Source of the DNA: Chlamydiia bacterium
GTDB taxonomy: Bacteria > Chlamydiota > Chlamydiia > Chlamydiales > JBMOFD01
Length of the DNA stretch: 36,109 bases
Direction: 5' to 3'
NCBI GenBank assembly: GCA_049314435.1
Contig: JBMOFD010000010.1
Coordinates: forward strand, 1-36,109
The notes beneath the pieces were generated by a model, which saw only the letters and a list, made by a program, of their open reading frames with translations, did not search any database and was not told where the DNA came from. A program made the position numbers and the translations under genes. Shown here piece by piece: positions 35,847-36,109 of this stretch; the first letter of the stretch is position 1; each line of letters opens with the position of its first letter.

Positions 35847-36109
35847 GGAAGTGCCCTCACGCCTCTGCTTTGGGATTACTCCCTCTTGGTGGTGTCCCAC
35901 CAGTGATGAAGCGGCCTTGACAGGCGCCGCTCCGTTCTCTCGACAATGTTGGCAAGCAGCATCTGAGTCGGTCCCGTTTCGTGACGATACCCTGGTCTTG
36001 TCTACTGACCGACTTTTCAGAGCTGAGGACTGAGAAGGCATCCCCAGGTGAGTCTTGGACTTCTTGCTCAACGTAGTATTTTCTCCGTTTGTCAAACTCT
36101 AATACTCTG
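35847..36109 (-). ncRNA. Omega RNA (HEARO-like) scaffold, 5' part and guide cut off by the window edge
   Basis: Minus strand has CAGA...CTACGTT...CAAGACTCACCTGGGGATGCCTTCTCAGTCCTCAGCTCTG...GTAGACAA...GGGTA..CGAAAC...AACATTGTCGAGAG, a motif order I recognise from iscB-associated RNAs; lies immediately upstream of iscB. Confidence 0.85.

Larger units (their letters stand above)
34465..36109 (-). mobile_element. IS200/IS605-family IscB element (no tnpA visible; one end outside the window)
   Basis: iscB plus omega RNA plus a subterminal imperfect hairpin encoded in the last iscB codons (FLPLLKREVS). Confidence 0.82.

Noticed and set aside
35847..36095. 83-codon N-terminal extension of IscB in the ORF track
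   Set aside because: It runs through the omega RNA scaffold; IscB proteins begin just before the PLMP motif, and a GTG with RBS is present at 35846.
1..36109. CRISPR array, tRNA or rRNA genes
   Set aside because: No regularly spaced repeats or cloverleaf/rRNA signatures were seen; the nuclease is IscB rather than Cas9 (short, PLMP motif, no REC lobe).

Overview
A high-GC (roughly 55-60% by eye in core genes) segment that most likely comes from an environmental member of the phylum Chlamydiae. The backbone follows the chlamydial order V/A-type ATPase B-D-I-K, lipoprotein, valS, pknD, pyk, with folP, cdaA, cdaR and an MFS gene later. Accessory material is interspersed. (1) A tightly packed, more AT-rich 8-gene minus-strand operon (20787-26327) encodes a cysteine desulfurase, a small Cys protein, an archaeal-type OMP decarboxylase homologue, a 3-His cupin, a NUDIX, a HAD phosphatase, a uridine-kinase-like and an adenylate-kinase-like enzyme. 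Both kinases have altered base-binding residues. This is the best candidate for an undescribed modified-nucleotide pathway. (2) Three orphan effector-like genes end in eukaryotic targeting motifs (CaaX CILL, CaaX-like CKMQ, NLS-like RKRAR). (3) There is a tandem pair of paralogous Cys-patterned exported proteins and an orphan AbiEi-like antitoxin. (4) At the right edge is an IS200/IS605-family IscB plus omega-RNA element whose predicted end and TAM (ATGA) coincide with the folP start codon. All calls come from motif recognition by eye; no searches were run.
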